A stretch of 64,000 nt of DNA, from positions 1,400 through 65,399 of the forward strand of contig NZ_JAIXTJ010000043.1 of the NCBI RefSeq assembly GCF_027483985.1. Direction: 5' to 3'. This DNA comes from Flavobacterium sp. GTDB lineage: Bacteria; Bacteroidota; Bacteroidia; Flavobacteriales; Flavobacteriaceae. This document shows positions 11,993 to 21,637 of the stretch, in pieces (the first letter of the stretch is position 1; every line of letters starts with the position of its first letter). Below the pieces are notes generated by a model. It saw nothing but the letters and a program-made list of their open reading frames with translations, was not told where the DNA came from and made no database searches. The position numbers and the translations under genes are program-made.

Positions 11993-12024
11993 AAAAAGCC
12001 ACTAATTAATTTTAGTGGCTTTTT
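11993..12024. terminator. Bidirectional terminator
   Basis: AAAAAGCCACTAA / TTAGTGGCTTTTT between convergent genes. Confidence 0.85.
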
Positions 12025-14209
12025 ACTTATTTATTAAAACTCTTTTGAGTTTTTCAATTTCTATAGGTTTGAGTAAGAAATCATCAAAATAGATGTTATA
12101 ATCAGCATTATCTTTTGCTGCAATGTCTGCGGTTAAACCATAAATTGGCGTATTTGTGTTCAAGTTTTGAAGTGTTCTAATGTTTTTAGCAGCTTCAAAT
12201 CCGTCTAAAACAGGCATATGAATATCCATTAAAATTAAATCATATTTTTTTTCTTTTGATTTTTCTGTAGCATCTAAACCATTTTTAGCGTGATCTGTTT
12301 TGATGTTCCACTTTGATAATAACTTCATTGCAATCATTGCATTGATTTGATTGTCTTCGGCTAATAAAACAGTTAAACCGTCAATAGTTACTTCAGATGT
12401 TTTTATTTCATCATCTTGTTCTAATTCCGATTTTTTTAAAGTTAATTCAAACGAAAATGTAGTTCCTTTGCCTACAATACTTTCAATATGTATATCACTT
12501 TTATAGAGTTCAATGATTTTTTTTACAATAGACAAACCTAATCCTGCACCATCTTTTTTTCTTGTAATTCCGCTTTTTAATTGTGAAAAACTATCAAATA
12601 CTAGTTTTAAATTCTCTTTTTCAATTCCTATTCCTGTGTCAGAAACTTTAAACAAAATTTTATCATTTTCTGGAGTCTTTGAGGTTACAGCTAGTTCAAG
12701 AGTAATGGTTCCTTTATCTGTAAATTTTACAGCGTTATTAACTAAATTGCCTAACACTTGAGTAAGCTTTGAAGTATCTAGAAAATATGTTTTTGCTAAA
12801 TTAGAATCCGTTATTAATTTAAATTCAATTGATTTTTCTCTTGCTTGAATGTCATAAGTATTGTAAAAATTATTTAGAAATTCTTTTATTTCTGTAGGCT
12901 GAAAATCAAGAGTTATCTTGCCTAAATCAATTTTGGTATAATCAAGAATATCATTTACAATTTGCATTAAATGATTGGAAGAAAAGGTTAAAGTATCAAT
13001 TAAGGAAGTGTCATTTCTATTTTTTTCATCAGTAAGCATCGATGCAATTGTTGTAATGGCATTTAGCGGTGTTCTTATTTCATGACTCATTGTAGATAAA
13101 AACTCTTGTCTTACTTTAGAAAGTTGCTCACTCTTGTTGTTTTTTCTAATTAATAGATTTCGTTCTTTTTGAAATTCAGCATCTTTTTGCATCGACTGCA
13201 TTTTGATCAATAGATCATAGTTTTCGATAACTTTAAAATTCTGAGCATTAAATACTTTATCTTTTTCTTCAATGTAAATTTCTAAAAATTCTAATGATTT
13301 AGTGAGGTTTTTCTCTTTTTTGTAAATGCTATAAATTAAATATAGAATTTTAACTTTTACAATCGAAATATTAAAATAGTTGCATAAATCAAGGCCTGTA
13401 GAAGAATATTTCTTTGCAAGATCATTTTTATTGTCTTCCAAATACAATTTAGCAAGTTTATTGTAGGCCATTGCTAATCCAAATTTTTCATTCATTTCTA
13501 AATGAATTTCGATGGCTTTTAAAAAACATTTTTCCGCTTCAATGTAGTTTCTTTGTTCAAGAAAAATTTTACCCCTTCCATAAATTGAAAAAGCTAATCC
13601 TCTTAAATCATTTGTCTTAGATTTTAAAGAAATTGAATTCTCAATAAATTCTTTAGCCAAATCAATATTGTTGTTTTTTAAATAAATTGAAGATAAATTA
13701 TTCAGCGCATTGGATTCAAGATTTAAATCATTTGCCTTTTTGGCTGCAACAATTGCATTTTTATTTGCAGTGATAGCTTTTTGTTCATTTCCCGTAAATT
13801 CATAAATGCTTCCAAGTGCTTTTTCACATTTTGATATATTTTGGTAATCATTATGTTTTTTAAAAACTACTAAAGAGTCAATCAATAAAACAACACTAGT
13901 TTGAACGTCATTAGTTTTATAATAAATACTAGCCACATTAAATTTAGTTTCTGCGATGCCTCTTTCATCCTTAAGTTTTTCATAAATGCTTAAACTTTTT
14001 TGCGCTAAATTAAATGATTCATCATATTTTCCTGTAATCATATAATATAATGATAATCTAGAAAAAGTTTTTGCTTTTAAAGAATCATATGATGGATCGA
14101 CACACAACAATAAAGCATTGGTCGCTAATTCAATACTCAGGTTCAAATTGTTTATCCTTGATTGATAAGATTCCTCTAGTAATGTTTCTATTTTTAATTT
14201 GGAGTTCAA
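12023..14209 (-). CDS. TPR-repeat hybrid histidine kinase (TPR-HisKA-HATPase-REC)
   Basis: FLSTMSHEIRTPLNAI H-box, NLVNNAVKFT, DTGIGI, GAGLGLSI, REC with LILMDIHMP; TTG start. Confidence 0.92.
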   Translation of the reverse strand: MNSKLKIETLLEESYQSRINNLNLSIELATNALLLCVDPSYDSLKAKTFSRLSLYYMITGKYDESFNLAQKSLSIYEKLKDERGIAETKFNVASIYYKTNDVQTSVVLLIDSLVVFKKHNDYQNISKCEKALGSIYEFTGNEQKAITANKNAIVAAKKANDLNLESNALNNLSSIYLKNNNIDLAKEFIENSISLKSKTNDLRGLAFSIYGRGKIFLEQRNYIEAEKCFLKAIEIHLEMNEKFGLAMAYNKLAKLYLEDNKNDLAKKYSSTGLDLCNYFNISIVKVKILYLIYSIYKKEKNLTKSLEFLEIYIEEKDKVFNAQNFKVIENYDLLIKMQSMQKDAEFQKERNLLIRKNNKSEQLSKVRQEFLSTMSHEIRTPLNAITTIASMLTDEKNRNDTSLIDTLTFSSNHLMQIVNDILDYTKIDLGKITLDFQPTEIKEFLNNFYNTYDIQAREKSIEFKLITDSNLAKTYFLDTSKLTQVLGNLVNNAVKFTDKGTITLELAVTSKTPENDKILFKVSDTGIGIEKENLKLVFDSFSQLKSGITRKKDGAGLGLSIVKKIIELYKSDIHIESIVGKGTTFSFELTLKKSELEQDDEIKTSEVTIDGLTVLLAEDNQINAMIAMKLLSKWNIKTDHAKNGLDATEKSKEKKYDLILMDIHMPVLDGFEAAKNIRTLQNLNTNTPIYGLTADIAAKDNADYNIYFDDFLLKPIEIEKLKRVLINK

Positions 14210-14483
14210 ATATGTCGCAGTAATGGTTATAAATTAGGTAACTAATCTCAAAAATAAGATACTTTATTCACATAAAGATAATTTTAACAATAATATTTGC
14301 TTATTTTCGGTAAATGCGCTTTTAATCGACAATTATTTTTAATTCAATTCTTGATATATATAGCAACCTTGCAATATTTATAATAAAATTAACGAAAACG
14401 TTAACGTATTTGTTTTTTAATTCATTTAGAATTCCATAATTTTGTTAAATTATAAATTATCAAGCTTAATTACCCATTATATT

Positions 14484-15767
14484 ATGTCAAAAACAGCAAT
14501 ATTAGAATACGATGGCAATAAATATGAGTTTCCAATTATTGTAGGAAGCGAAAACGAACCTGCTATCGATATTGAAAAATTACGTGCCCTAACAGGTGCT
14601 ATAACTTTAGATCCAGGTTACAAAAATTCAGGTTCTTGCAAAAGTGATATTACCTTCCTTGATGGTGAAGAAGGAATTTTACGTTACAGAGGTTATGCTA
14701 TTGAAGATTTAGCTGAAAAAGCTGATTTTCTTGAAGTGTCTTATTTAGTTATTTTTGGTGAATTACCAACCAAAGACCAATTAGCGCAATTCGAAAACGA
14801 TATCCGTAAATATACTTTGGTTAACGAAGAGATGAAAAATATCATCGATGGTTTTCCAAAAACGGCGCATCCAATGGGTGTTTTATCATCATTGACCTCT
14901 GCCTTGACCGCTTTTAATCCAAAAGTAGTTAATGTTGAGAACGAAAAAGAAATGTATGAAGCGGTTTGTAAAACAATGGGTAAATTCCTTGTTATCGCCA
15001 CTTGGACCTACAGAAAGATGATGGGTTATCCATTAAATTATTACGACAATACTTTGGGTTATGTTGAGAACTTTATGCAGTTAATGTTTAAATTGCCAAC
15101 AGGACCATATACAGCCAATCCTTCAGTTGTAGCTGCTTTAGATAAATTATTTATTCTTCACGCTGACCACGAGCAAAACTGTTCGACTTCAACAGTAAGA
15201 ATTGTTGGTTCATCTCACGCAGGTTTATTTGCTTCGATTTCTGCTGGTGTTTCTGCACTTTGGGGTCCATTACACGGTGGCGCTAATCAAGCGGTACTTG
15301 AAATGTTAGAAGAAATTCAAAAAAATGGTGGTGACGCCGATAAATATTTAGCCAAAGCTAAAGATAAAGATGATCCGTTCCGTTTAATGGGATTTGGTCA
15401 TAGAGTTTATAAAAACTTTGATCCAAGAGCTAAAATCATTAAGAAAGCTGCCGATGAAGTTTTAGCAACACTAGGAGTTGATGATCCAATTCTTCAAATT
15501 GCTAAGAAGTTAGAAGAATCAGCATTGGTTGACGAATACTTCGTATCAAGAAAATTATATCCAAATGTTGATTTTTACTCAGGTATCATTTACCGTGCCT
15601 TAGGAATTCCAACCGATATGTTTACAGTACTTTTCGCTATCGGACGTTTACCAGGTTGGATTGCACAATGGAAAGAAATGCGTGTAAACAAAGAACCAAT
15701 TGGAAGACCAAGACAGGTATATACAGGTCACCCATTGAGAGATTTTGTGGCAATGGACAAAAGATAA
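14484..15767 (+). CDS. gltA: Citrate synthase
   Basis: HADHEQNCST, GPLHGGAN, GFGHRVYK, YPNVDFYSG. Start moved to MSKTA because the track TTG at 14442 lies in a TAATTTTG promoter element. Confidence 0.97.
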   Translation: MSKTAILEYDGNKYEFPIIVGSENEPAIDIEKLRALTGAITLDPGYKNSGSCKSDITFLDGEEGILRYRGYAIEDLAEKADFLEVSYLVIFGELPTKDQLAQFENDIRKYTLVNEEMKNIIDGFPKTAHPMGVLSSLTSALTAFNPKVVNVENEKEMYEAVCKTMGKFLVIATWTYRKMMGYPLNYYDNTLGYVENFMQLMFKLPTGPYTANPSVVAALDKLFILHADHEQNCSTSTVRIVGSSHAGLFASISAGVSALWGPLHGGANQAVLEMLEEIQKNGGDADKYLAKAKDKDDPFRLMGFGHRVYKNFDPRAKIIKKAADEVLATLGVDDPILQIAKKLEESALVDEYFVSRKLYPNVDFYSGIIYRALGIPTDMFTVLFAIGRLPGWIAQWKEMRVNKEPIGRPRQVYTGHPLRDFVAMDKR

Positions 15768-15787
15768 TTTTCCCTATTATTAGAATT

Positions 15788-15815
15788 AAAACTCCTTTTT
15801 AAGGAGTTTTTTTTT
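15788..15815 (+). terminator. Terminator after gltA
   Basis: AAAACTCCTT / AAGGAGTTTT followed by a T run. Confidence 0.85.
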
Positions 15816-16043
15816 GCTTTTTTTTTAATTTAGAAATATTTAATTACTTTCTTGAAAAAGTAGGAAAAGTTAATCATTTAAATCATAAAACAGGTAAGTT
15901 GTCGAATAATATTGAATTTTAACGATGTTAATGAAAATGTTTTATTTATTTTGATAAAAGAAACAACAACTAATTGTTACTGACCCCAAATCAAGCAATT
16001 AGATGAATTTTAACTATTCATTTACTAACTAAAACCTACTGCT

Positions 16044-18185
16044 ATGAAAATTAAAAACTACTCATTCATTACATTGTTTGCATTATTATCTGTCTTGTTT
16101 AAAAGTAATGCTCAAATTAATAGTACCTTTTTTGGATTTAATGCTGGTTTAAATAATTCGGGAAACTACATCAATGGTTTTGGTTTCAATTCGTTAATCA
16201 ACAATGCTGGTAGTAGTAATAGTGCTTTCGGTAACAATACTTTAATGGAATCTAAAGGTGGCTTTAACAACGCTTTTGGAAATGATGCATTAAGTAGAAA
16301 TTATTCAGGTGAACTTAATTGCGCTTTTGGTACTAGAAGTTTAGAAAATAATTTAACTGGAAGTAGTAATATTGCGATTGGTCATAGAGCAATGGGAGAT
16401 GCTCAAAATCCAGGTTCGAACAACACAGCAATCGGATATGCAACGTTATTAAGGAATCAAGGAAATGGTAATATCGCCATAGGATATTATTCTCCAAGAA
16501 ATTTGTTGTCTGGAAATAATAATGTTTTTATTGGAAATGAAAATGCAATAAATCTTGTAAATGGTAGCGATAATGTTTTTTTAGGAAGAGTTACTGTTAA
16601 TCCTTTGCCTTCAACTCCAATAATCTCTGGAAATAATACTGAAAAAACAATAATATTAGCCGATGGAAGTGGAAATCAAAAAATGTTAATATCGGCCAGA
16701 GGTAATGCAGGATTTGGTTTAGGAAATAATGTAATTCCAGTCAATAAATTAGATATTGGTGGTGGTGTTGTAATTGGACGAAATTTTACTCCAAGAGGAA
16801 TTCCTTTTCCAGTTGCAGGGTCACTCGCACCAGCTAACGGTTTATTGGTTGAAGGTAGAGTAGGTATTGGAACTAGAACTCCTGGTAATAAAGTAGAAAT
16901 TACCCACGGTGTTTTCGGTAATTCAGGTCTACGTTTTTCTAATTTGAATAGTAATTTTATCCCTAATTCAATTAACACTACAAATAGTTTTCTTAGTGTA
17001 AACGCAAATGGAGATGTGGTTTTGCAAAAATTACCAAATTCTACAACAAGTAATTTATTGTCTTCTGCTGGAAATACAATGACTAGTAATGTTAATTCTT
17101 TGATTGCAACCGCTCCAATAGTAAACTCTATAAGTAATTCTATAAGTTCTAGCAATCAATTAATAACTACTGTCAATGGCGTTTCAAGTGCACCAGTAAC
17201 GTTGCCAGTTCCAACATTTACAGAAGTCGACTCAAGTACAACTAATGAACTACAAACGTTATCACAATCAGGAAACACAGTAACATTATCTAATGGTGGT
17301 GGTTCATTTACCTTACCAACCTTTACAGATACAGATGCGCAATCTTTAACTTTAGTCGGAAACAATCTTTCAATTTCTAATGGAAATACAGTAGTGCTTC
17401 CAACTTATTCAGACGCGCAATCACTAACAATTACTGGGAATACCTTATCAATTTCAAACGGAAATACAATTACTTTACCCACTTTTACAGATACTGATAC
17501 AGACGCTCAATCACTTTCATTAGTTGGAAATGCTTTGACGATTTCAAACGGAAATACAATTACTTTACCAACAACTACGGTAATACCAGGAAGTAATGTA
17601 ACTATTACAGGTAACGGTGCGCCATCAACACCATATCAAGTAAGTTCAATTGATACAAGTCTTTATTCTAACAACGGTACAATTAATCAATCTACTACAA
17701 CCAATAACAATAGAGTTGTAAATATGAATGATAGAAATATTTGGTTTAATACTTCAACAAGTCCAAATCACGGAAAAATGTATATTGGTTCTAGTTATAT
17801 CTATCCAAACAACACTGGAAATTATAAATTATTTGTAGAAGGAGGAATCTTAACTGAAAAAATTAAAGTAGCACTTAGAAGCACCAACAATTGGGCTGAT
17901 TATGTATTTGCAGATGATTATAAATTAATGCCATTAAAGCAAGTAGAAGAATTTATAAATAAAAACAATCACTTACCTAATATAGATTCTGCTGAAGATT
18001 TAGCTAAAAATGGATTGGATTTATCAGTAATGCAAGCTAAGCAAATGGAAAAAATCGAAGAGCTTACGCTATACATAATTGAGCAAAACAAAATGCTAGA
18101 AAATCAAAGTAAAGCAATTGAAAATCAGAATAAAGAAATAGAAGAATTAAAAAAACAAATGAAAGCATTAATTCAAAAAAACTAA
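16044..18185 (+). CDS. Secreted fibre-like protein: NxAxG head repeats, beta-fibre repeats, C-terminal WxDYVF / EKIEELTLY chaperone-like coiled coil
   Basis: Signal peptide (SNA-Q); NSAFG/NIAIG/NTAIG repeats; DAQSLTLVGNNLSISNGNT repeats; no T9SS C-terminal domain. Confidence 0.75.
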   Translation: MKIKNYSFITLFALLSVLFKSNAQINSTFFGFNAGLNNSGNYINGFGFNSLINNAGSSNSAFGNNTLMESKGGFNNAFGNDALSRNYSGELNCAFGTRSLENNLTGSSNIAIGHRAMGDAQNPGSNNTAIGYATLLRNQGNGNIAIGYYSPRNLLSGNNNVFIGNENAINLVNGSDNVFLGRVTVNPLPSTPIISGNNTEKTIILADGSGNQKMLISARGNAGFGLGNNVIPVNKLDIGGGVVIGRNFTPRGIPFPVAGSLAPANGLLVEGRVGIGTRTPGNKVEITHGVFGNSGLRFSNLNSNFIPNSINTTNSFLSVNANGDVVLQKLPNSTTSNLLSSAGNTMTSNVNSLIATAPIVNSISNSISSSNQLITTVNGVSSAPVTLPVPTFTEVDSSTTNELQTLSQSGNTVTLSNGGGSFTLPTFTDTDAQSLTLVGNNLSISNGNTVVLPTYSDAQSLTITGNTLSISNGNTITLPTFTDTDTDAQSLSLVGNALTISNGNTITLPTTTVIPGSNVTITGNGAPSTPYQVSSIDTSLYSNNGTINQSTTTNNNRVVNMNDRNIWFNTSTSPNHGKMYIGSSYIYPNNTGNYKLFVEGGILTEKIKVALRSTNNWADYVFADDYKLMPLKQVEEFINKNNHLPNIDSAEDLAKNGLDLSVMQAKQMEKIEELTLYIIEQNKMLENQSKAIENQNKEIEELKKQMKALIQKN
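17244..17574 (+). repeat. Intragenic repeats (about 24-28 aa unit, 4 copies)
   Basis: NELQTLSQSGNTVTLSNG, DAQSLTLVGNNLSISNGNT, DAQSLTITGNTLSISNGNT, DAQSLSLVGNALTISNGNT; ATTTCAAACGGAAATACAATTACTTTACC occurs twice in the DNA. Confidence 0.85.
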
Positions 18186-18191
18186 TGAGTT

Positions 18192-20150
18192 ATGAAAATA
18201 TTAAAAACAATTTTAATAGCTCTTCTTTTTTTGAACAATCTAGATTTGATAGCGCAAACTAAGGATTATATCAATGCAGAAAAAAAGAGAATAGCAAAGA
18301 CAGAACAAACAGAAAAAGATGTTGAACGATTTATCACAGATAATTTCAATAAGTATAAATTAGCTGTTGGAGCGTCAGATGAATTGATAAAAGAACTGAG
18401 AGAACACGAGAATTTTACTGATGCTCAAATAGAAAAAGCACTAATTGATGCTAAACGCAATGAGTTAAGAAAATTATTTTTTTCAAAAAATCGTGAGTTT
18501 GTTTCTGATTATAAAGCTTTAGAACTTCCAGCATCTATCGCTCAAGATTGCGTTAATGGTGACTTTGAAGATGGAACAGCAGGATATACCTTCTGGACTG
18601 ATTTACACCCACAACCAGGTTCAGGAACTTCGTTTTTTCAATCTTGCGCAACGCCAACGGTTTTGACCACTACCAATGTTTTAGCGCCAACAACAAATAA
18701 TTTTAATTCTAGAGCTACAATTATTAATAGTACTGCAGCAGGTTACCAACAATTTGATCCTGTTTTAGCTAGTTTTGGAGTTAATGTTCCAACTTTAAAT
18801 AATAATGGAGGAACTAAAGCTATCAAACTTAATAATACTGGTGGAATGGGTTCTTCCGATTTAACTACTGTTTCTAGATATTTTCCCGTAATAAACCAAT
18901 CTACAATTGATTTCAATTTTTCATTGGTGATGGATAATAAACCAGGTCACGCTCAAGATATTCAGCCTTATTTTAGAGCGAGAGTTTTAGATCAATTCGG
19001 TAATGTAGTTGATGAATTTTGTATCATAGCTAATCCTAATAATTGTTTATTTTCAACGATCAATGTAAATGCAGACAGAAGAGTTCTTTACACGGGTTGG
19101 ATCTGCGCAAGATTAAATGTAGGTGATATCTTAAATCAACCCGGAACTATTGAGTTTTCGGTTAGTGATTGTCAACCTTCAGCTCATTTTGGAACCGTTT
19201 ATATTGATAATATCTGCGGTTTTACTTGTGCTTCGCCGCAATTGGGTGCCATTAATACAAATCCAACAAATCTTAACTGCCCAAGCCCAACGAGTACAGA
19301 ACCAATTGAAGTTTGCGGAACTTATGCGCCTCCAGCTAACGCAGTTTTAAACTCAATTACACTCCAAATTATTCAAGGTGGTGTTGTGATTGCCACAATT
19401 AACACTCCATTACAATTGACCTCAAGTGGATTTTGTTTTAGTTTTTTGCCAAGTCTTTTCGGTGCAAATCCTTCCGGCAATTATGAGTTTCAAGTAAATG
19501 CTGACTTTAATGTAAATTGTACAGCAGGAACATTTTTATACGAGATTTCAGATAATTCCGCTAATGTTGGACCCGATGTAACTTTTATCGATTGTTGTAT
19601 TCCAACATTGATATTGACTTCACCAGCAGATGATAGTAATAATCTGGCACTTCCAGCTGTAAAAAAACGGGAACGATCTGACTGGATTAAAGCAGCCAAC
19701 ATTATTTCAGTAGGAGATAATGTTCAAGGCAATGGTGTTGTTTACCACGCTGAAAATTATGTAGAGTTAAATCCAGGTTTTGAAGCTGTGCTTGGTTCTC
19801 AATTTGCCGCTTATCCTGAAGGATGTTCGAGTACTTTTGTCTACAGAATTGGTCAGGAGCAAAATAATTCAGATGAACAACTTGAAGAAAATATTAATTT
19901 GATAAAACTTAGTAATGGTTTTTCTATTATTCCAAATCCATCAAGTAATTTTATTGAAGTTGTAATGAATGATGGTGATTTTAATAAGGTTAATATTGCA
20001 ACAATTGACGGCAGAATTGTATTTGATAAATTTACTGATGCCATAAATAGAACACAAATAGACGTAAGTAAATTTCCAACTGGAATTTATATTATCAATG
20101 TGACAACTGAAGATGGACAAATTCATTCCGAAAAGTTAATCAAAAATTAA
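18192..20150 (+). CDS. T9SS type A cargo, Cys-rich, with helical N-terminal segment
   Basis: Signal peptide (LIA-Q), CVNGDFEDG domain, YHAENYVELNPGF stack motif, IIPNPS...GIYII...KLIKN sorting domain; 6 bp after the fibre gene. Confidence 0.85.
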   Translation: MKILKTILIALLFLNNLDLIAQTKDYINAEKKRIAKTEQTEKDVERFITDNFNKYKLAVGASDELIKELREHENFTDAQIEKALIDAKRNELRKLFFSKNREFVSDYKALELPASIAQDCVNGDFEDGTAGYTFWTDLHPQPGSGTSFFQSCATPTVLTTTNVLAPTTNNFNSRATIINSTAAGYQQFDPVLASFGVNVPTLNNNGGTKAIKLNNTGGMGSSDLTTVSRYFPVINQSTIDFNFSLVMDNKPGHAQDIQPYFRARVLDQFGNVVDEFCIIANPNNCLFSTINVNADRRVLYTGWICARLNVGDILNQPGTIEFSVSDCQPSAHFGTVYIDNICGFTCASPQLGAINTNPTNLNCPSPTSTEPIEVCGTYAPPANAVLNSITLQIIQGGVVIATINTPLQLTSSGFCFSFLPSLFGANPSGNYEFQVNADFNVNCTAGTFLYEISDNSANVGPDVTFIDCCIPTLILTSPADDSNNLALPAVKKRERSDWIKAANIISVGDNVQGNGVVYHAENYVELNPGFEAVLGSQFAAYPEGCSSTFVYRIGQEQNNSDEQLEENINLIKLSNGFSIIPNPSSNFIEVVMNDGDFNKVNIATIDGRIVFDKFTDAINRTQIDVSKFPTGIYIINVTTEDGQIHSEKLIKN

Positions 20151-20170
20151 AATAGTAAATACTTATAAAC

Positions 20171-20200
20171 AAAAGCTTCGTTAATCAACGGAGCTTTTTT
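20171..20200 (+). terminator. Terminator overlapping the next -7 promoter element
   Basis: AAAAGCTTCGTT / AACGGAGCTTTT, then TATATTTG at 20200-20207. Confidence 0.8.
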
Positions 20201-20231
20201 ATATTTGTACAAATGCCAAAAGCAAAAGTAT

Positions 20232-21146
20232 ATGTTACAATTAAATGTAAAAAACGAAACTTCTAGATTGAGAGCCGTTGTATTAGGTTCGGCCTTAAAT
20301 AATGGTCCAACGCCAACAGCAGACGAAGCTTATGACCCAAAATCTTTAGAACATATTCTTGCAGGAACTTATCCTGTTGAAGAAGATATGGTTAACGAAA
20401 TGGAAGCTTTCAATACTGTTTTTCAAAAGTATGATGTAAAGGTTTTTCGTCCAGAAATGATTGAAAGTTATAATCAAATTTTCACTAGAGATATTGGTTT
20501 TGTGATCGATGATGTTTTTGTTAAAGCCAATATTCTACCTGATAGAAATCGCGAATTAGAAGCTATTAATTATGTTATCGAACAAATAAATCCTGCAAAA
20601 GTGGTTCGTCCGCCAGATGAGGTTCACATTGAAGGTGGCGACGTAATGCTTTGGAACGATTATATTTTTATTGGCACTTACAAAGGTTCTGACTATAAAG
20701 ATTATATCACAGCAAGAACCAATATGCAAGGTGTGCAGTACATCAAAAATTTATTTCCAAACAAGATTGTAAAAGAATTTGATTTAGTAAAATCTAAATT
20801 AGAAGCTCGCGATAACGCACTTCATCTTGATTGCTGCTTTCAACCAGTAGGAAAAAATAAAGGAATCATTTACAAAAGCGGTTTCCGAGAAGAAGCAGAT
20901 TACGTCTTTTTAGTAAAATTATTCGGTAAAGAAAACTTATTTCACATTACGCGTGACGAAATGTATAATATGAATTCTAACGTTTTTTCTATTGCTGACG
21001 ATGTAGTAGTTTCAGAAAAAAACTTTACAAGATTAAACAACTGGTTAAGAGAACAAGGTTTTACAGTAGAAGAAATTCCATACGCCGAAATTGCCAAACA
21101 AGAAGGATTGTTGAGATGCTCAACTTTACCTTTGATAAGAGATTAG
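20232..21146 (+). CDS. Amidinotransferase / arginine deiminase-superfamily protein
   Basis: QIFTRDIGFVI, IEGGDV, LHLDC, GLLRCSTLP; start at MLQLNV after the promoter element. Confidence 0.9.
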   Translation: MLQLNVKNETSRLRAVVLGSALNNGPTPTADEAYDPKSLEHILAGTYPVEEDMVNEMEAFNTVFQKYDVKVFRPEMIESYNQIFTRDIGFVIDDVFVKANILPDRNRELEAINYVIEQINPAKVVRPPDEVHIEGGDVMLWNDYIFIGTYKGSDYKDYITARTNMQGVQYIKNLFPNKIVKEFDLVKSKLEARDNALHLDCCFQPVGKNKGIIYKSGFREEADYVFLVKLFGKENLFHITRDEMYNMNSNVFSIADDVVVSEKNFTRLNNWLREQGFTVEEIPYAEIAKQEGLLRCSTLPLIRD

Positions 21147-21150
21147 AGTA

Positions 21151-21627
21151 GTTGTAAGTTTTATGTTATGAGTTATAAGTTCTGTTTATAATATTGACCT
21201 ATTTAAAGATGAGTAGTTATAGAGATTTAGATATTTATAAAATTGGATTGGAGCTTTTTTACATTGTTCATCCAGCTTCTTTAAAACTTCCTAAATATGA
21301 AATGTACGAATTAGGAAGTCAAATAAGACGTTCATCTGATTCTGTGGTAACTAATATAGTGGAAGGTTACGGAAGAAAAGCTTACAAAGCTGAATTTATT
21401 CGATTTTTGACTTTCTCTTGGTCAAGCTGTTTAGAGACTGTAAATCATTTAGAAAAAATTAATCATCTGTATAGAGGGATAATATCTAATAATGAAGATT
21501 TAATTATTAAGTATAACGAATTAAGTTCCAAAATTTTCAATTTTATAAAATATGTTGAGCAAAATTGGAAGACATAAAACTATCGACAAACAAATTAACC
21601 TACAACCCAAAACCTATAACATACAAC
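21151..21627. mobile_element. Putative intervening element: four-helix-bundle gene between inverted heptamer arms
   Basis: Left arm GTTGTAA GTTTTAT GTTATGA GTTATAA GTTCTGT (21151-21185); right arm AATTAAC CTACAAC CCAAAAC CTATAAC ATACAAC (21593-21627). Mobility is inferred, not shown. Confidence 0.5.
21209..21577 (+). CDS. Four helix bundle protein (23S rRNA intervening-sequence protein family)
   Basis: SYRDLDIYK, LPKYEMYELGSQIRRSSDSVVTNIVEGYGRK, EFIRFL...SCLET. Confidence 0.93.
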   Translation: MSSYRDLDIYKIGLELFYIVHPASLKLPKYEMYELGSQIRRSSDSVVTNIVEGYGRKAYKAEFIRFLTFSWSSCLETVNHLEKINHLYRGIISNNEDLIIKYNELSSKIFNFIKYVEQNWKT

Positions 21628-21637
21628 AAAATTAAAA

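Noticed and set aside
14300-15930. Further CG pairs (14307/14326, 15902/15922) as LytTR boxes
   Set aside because: The period is 19-20 bp and similarity beyond the CG core is poor.
17900-18185. Canonical peptidase S74 autocleaving chaperone
   Set aside because: The SDxRxK cleavage motif is not present; kept only as chaperone-like.
21209-21577. Diversity-generating retroelement (protein resembles Avd)
   Set aside because: No reverse transcriptase and no template/variable repeat pair with adenine-specific mismatches were seen in the window.
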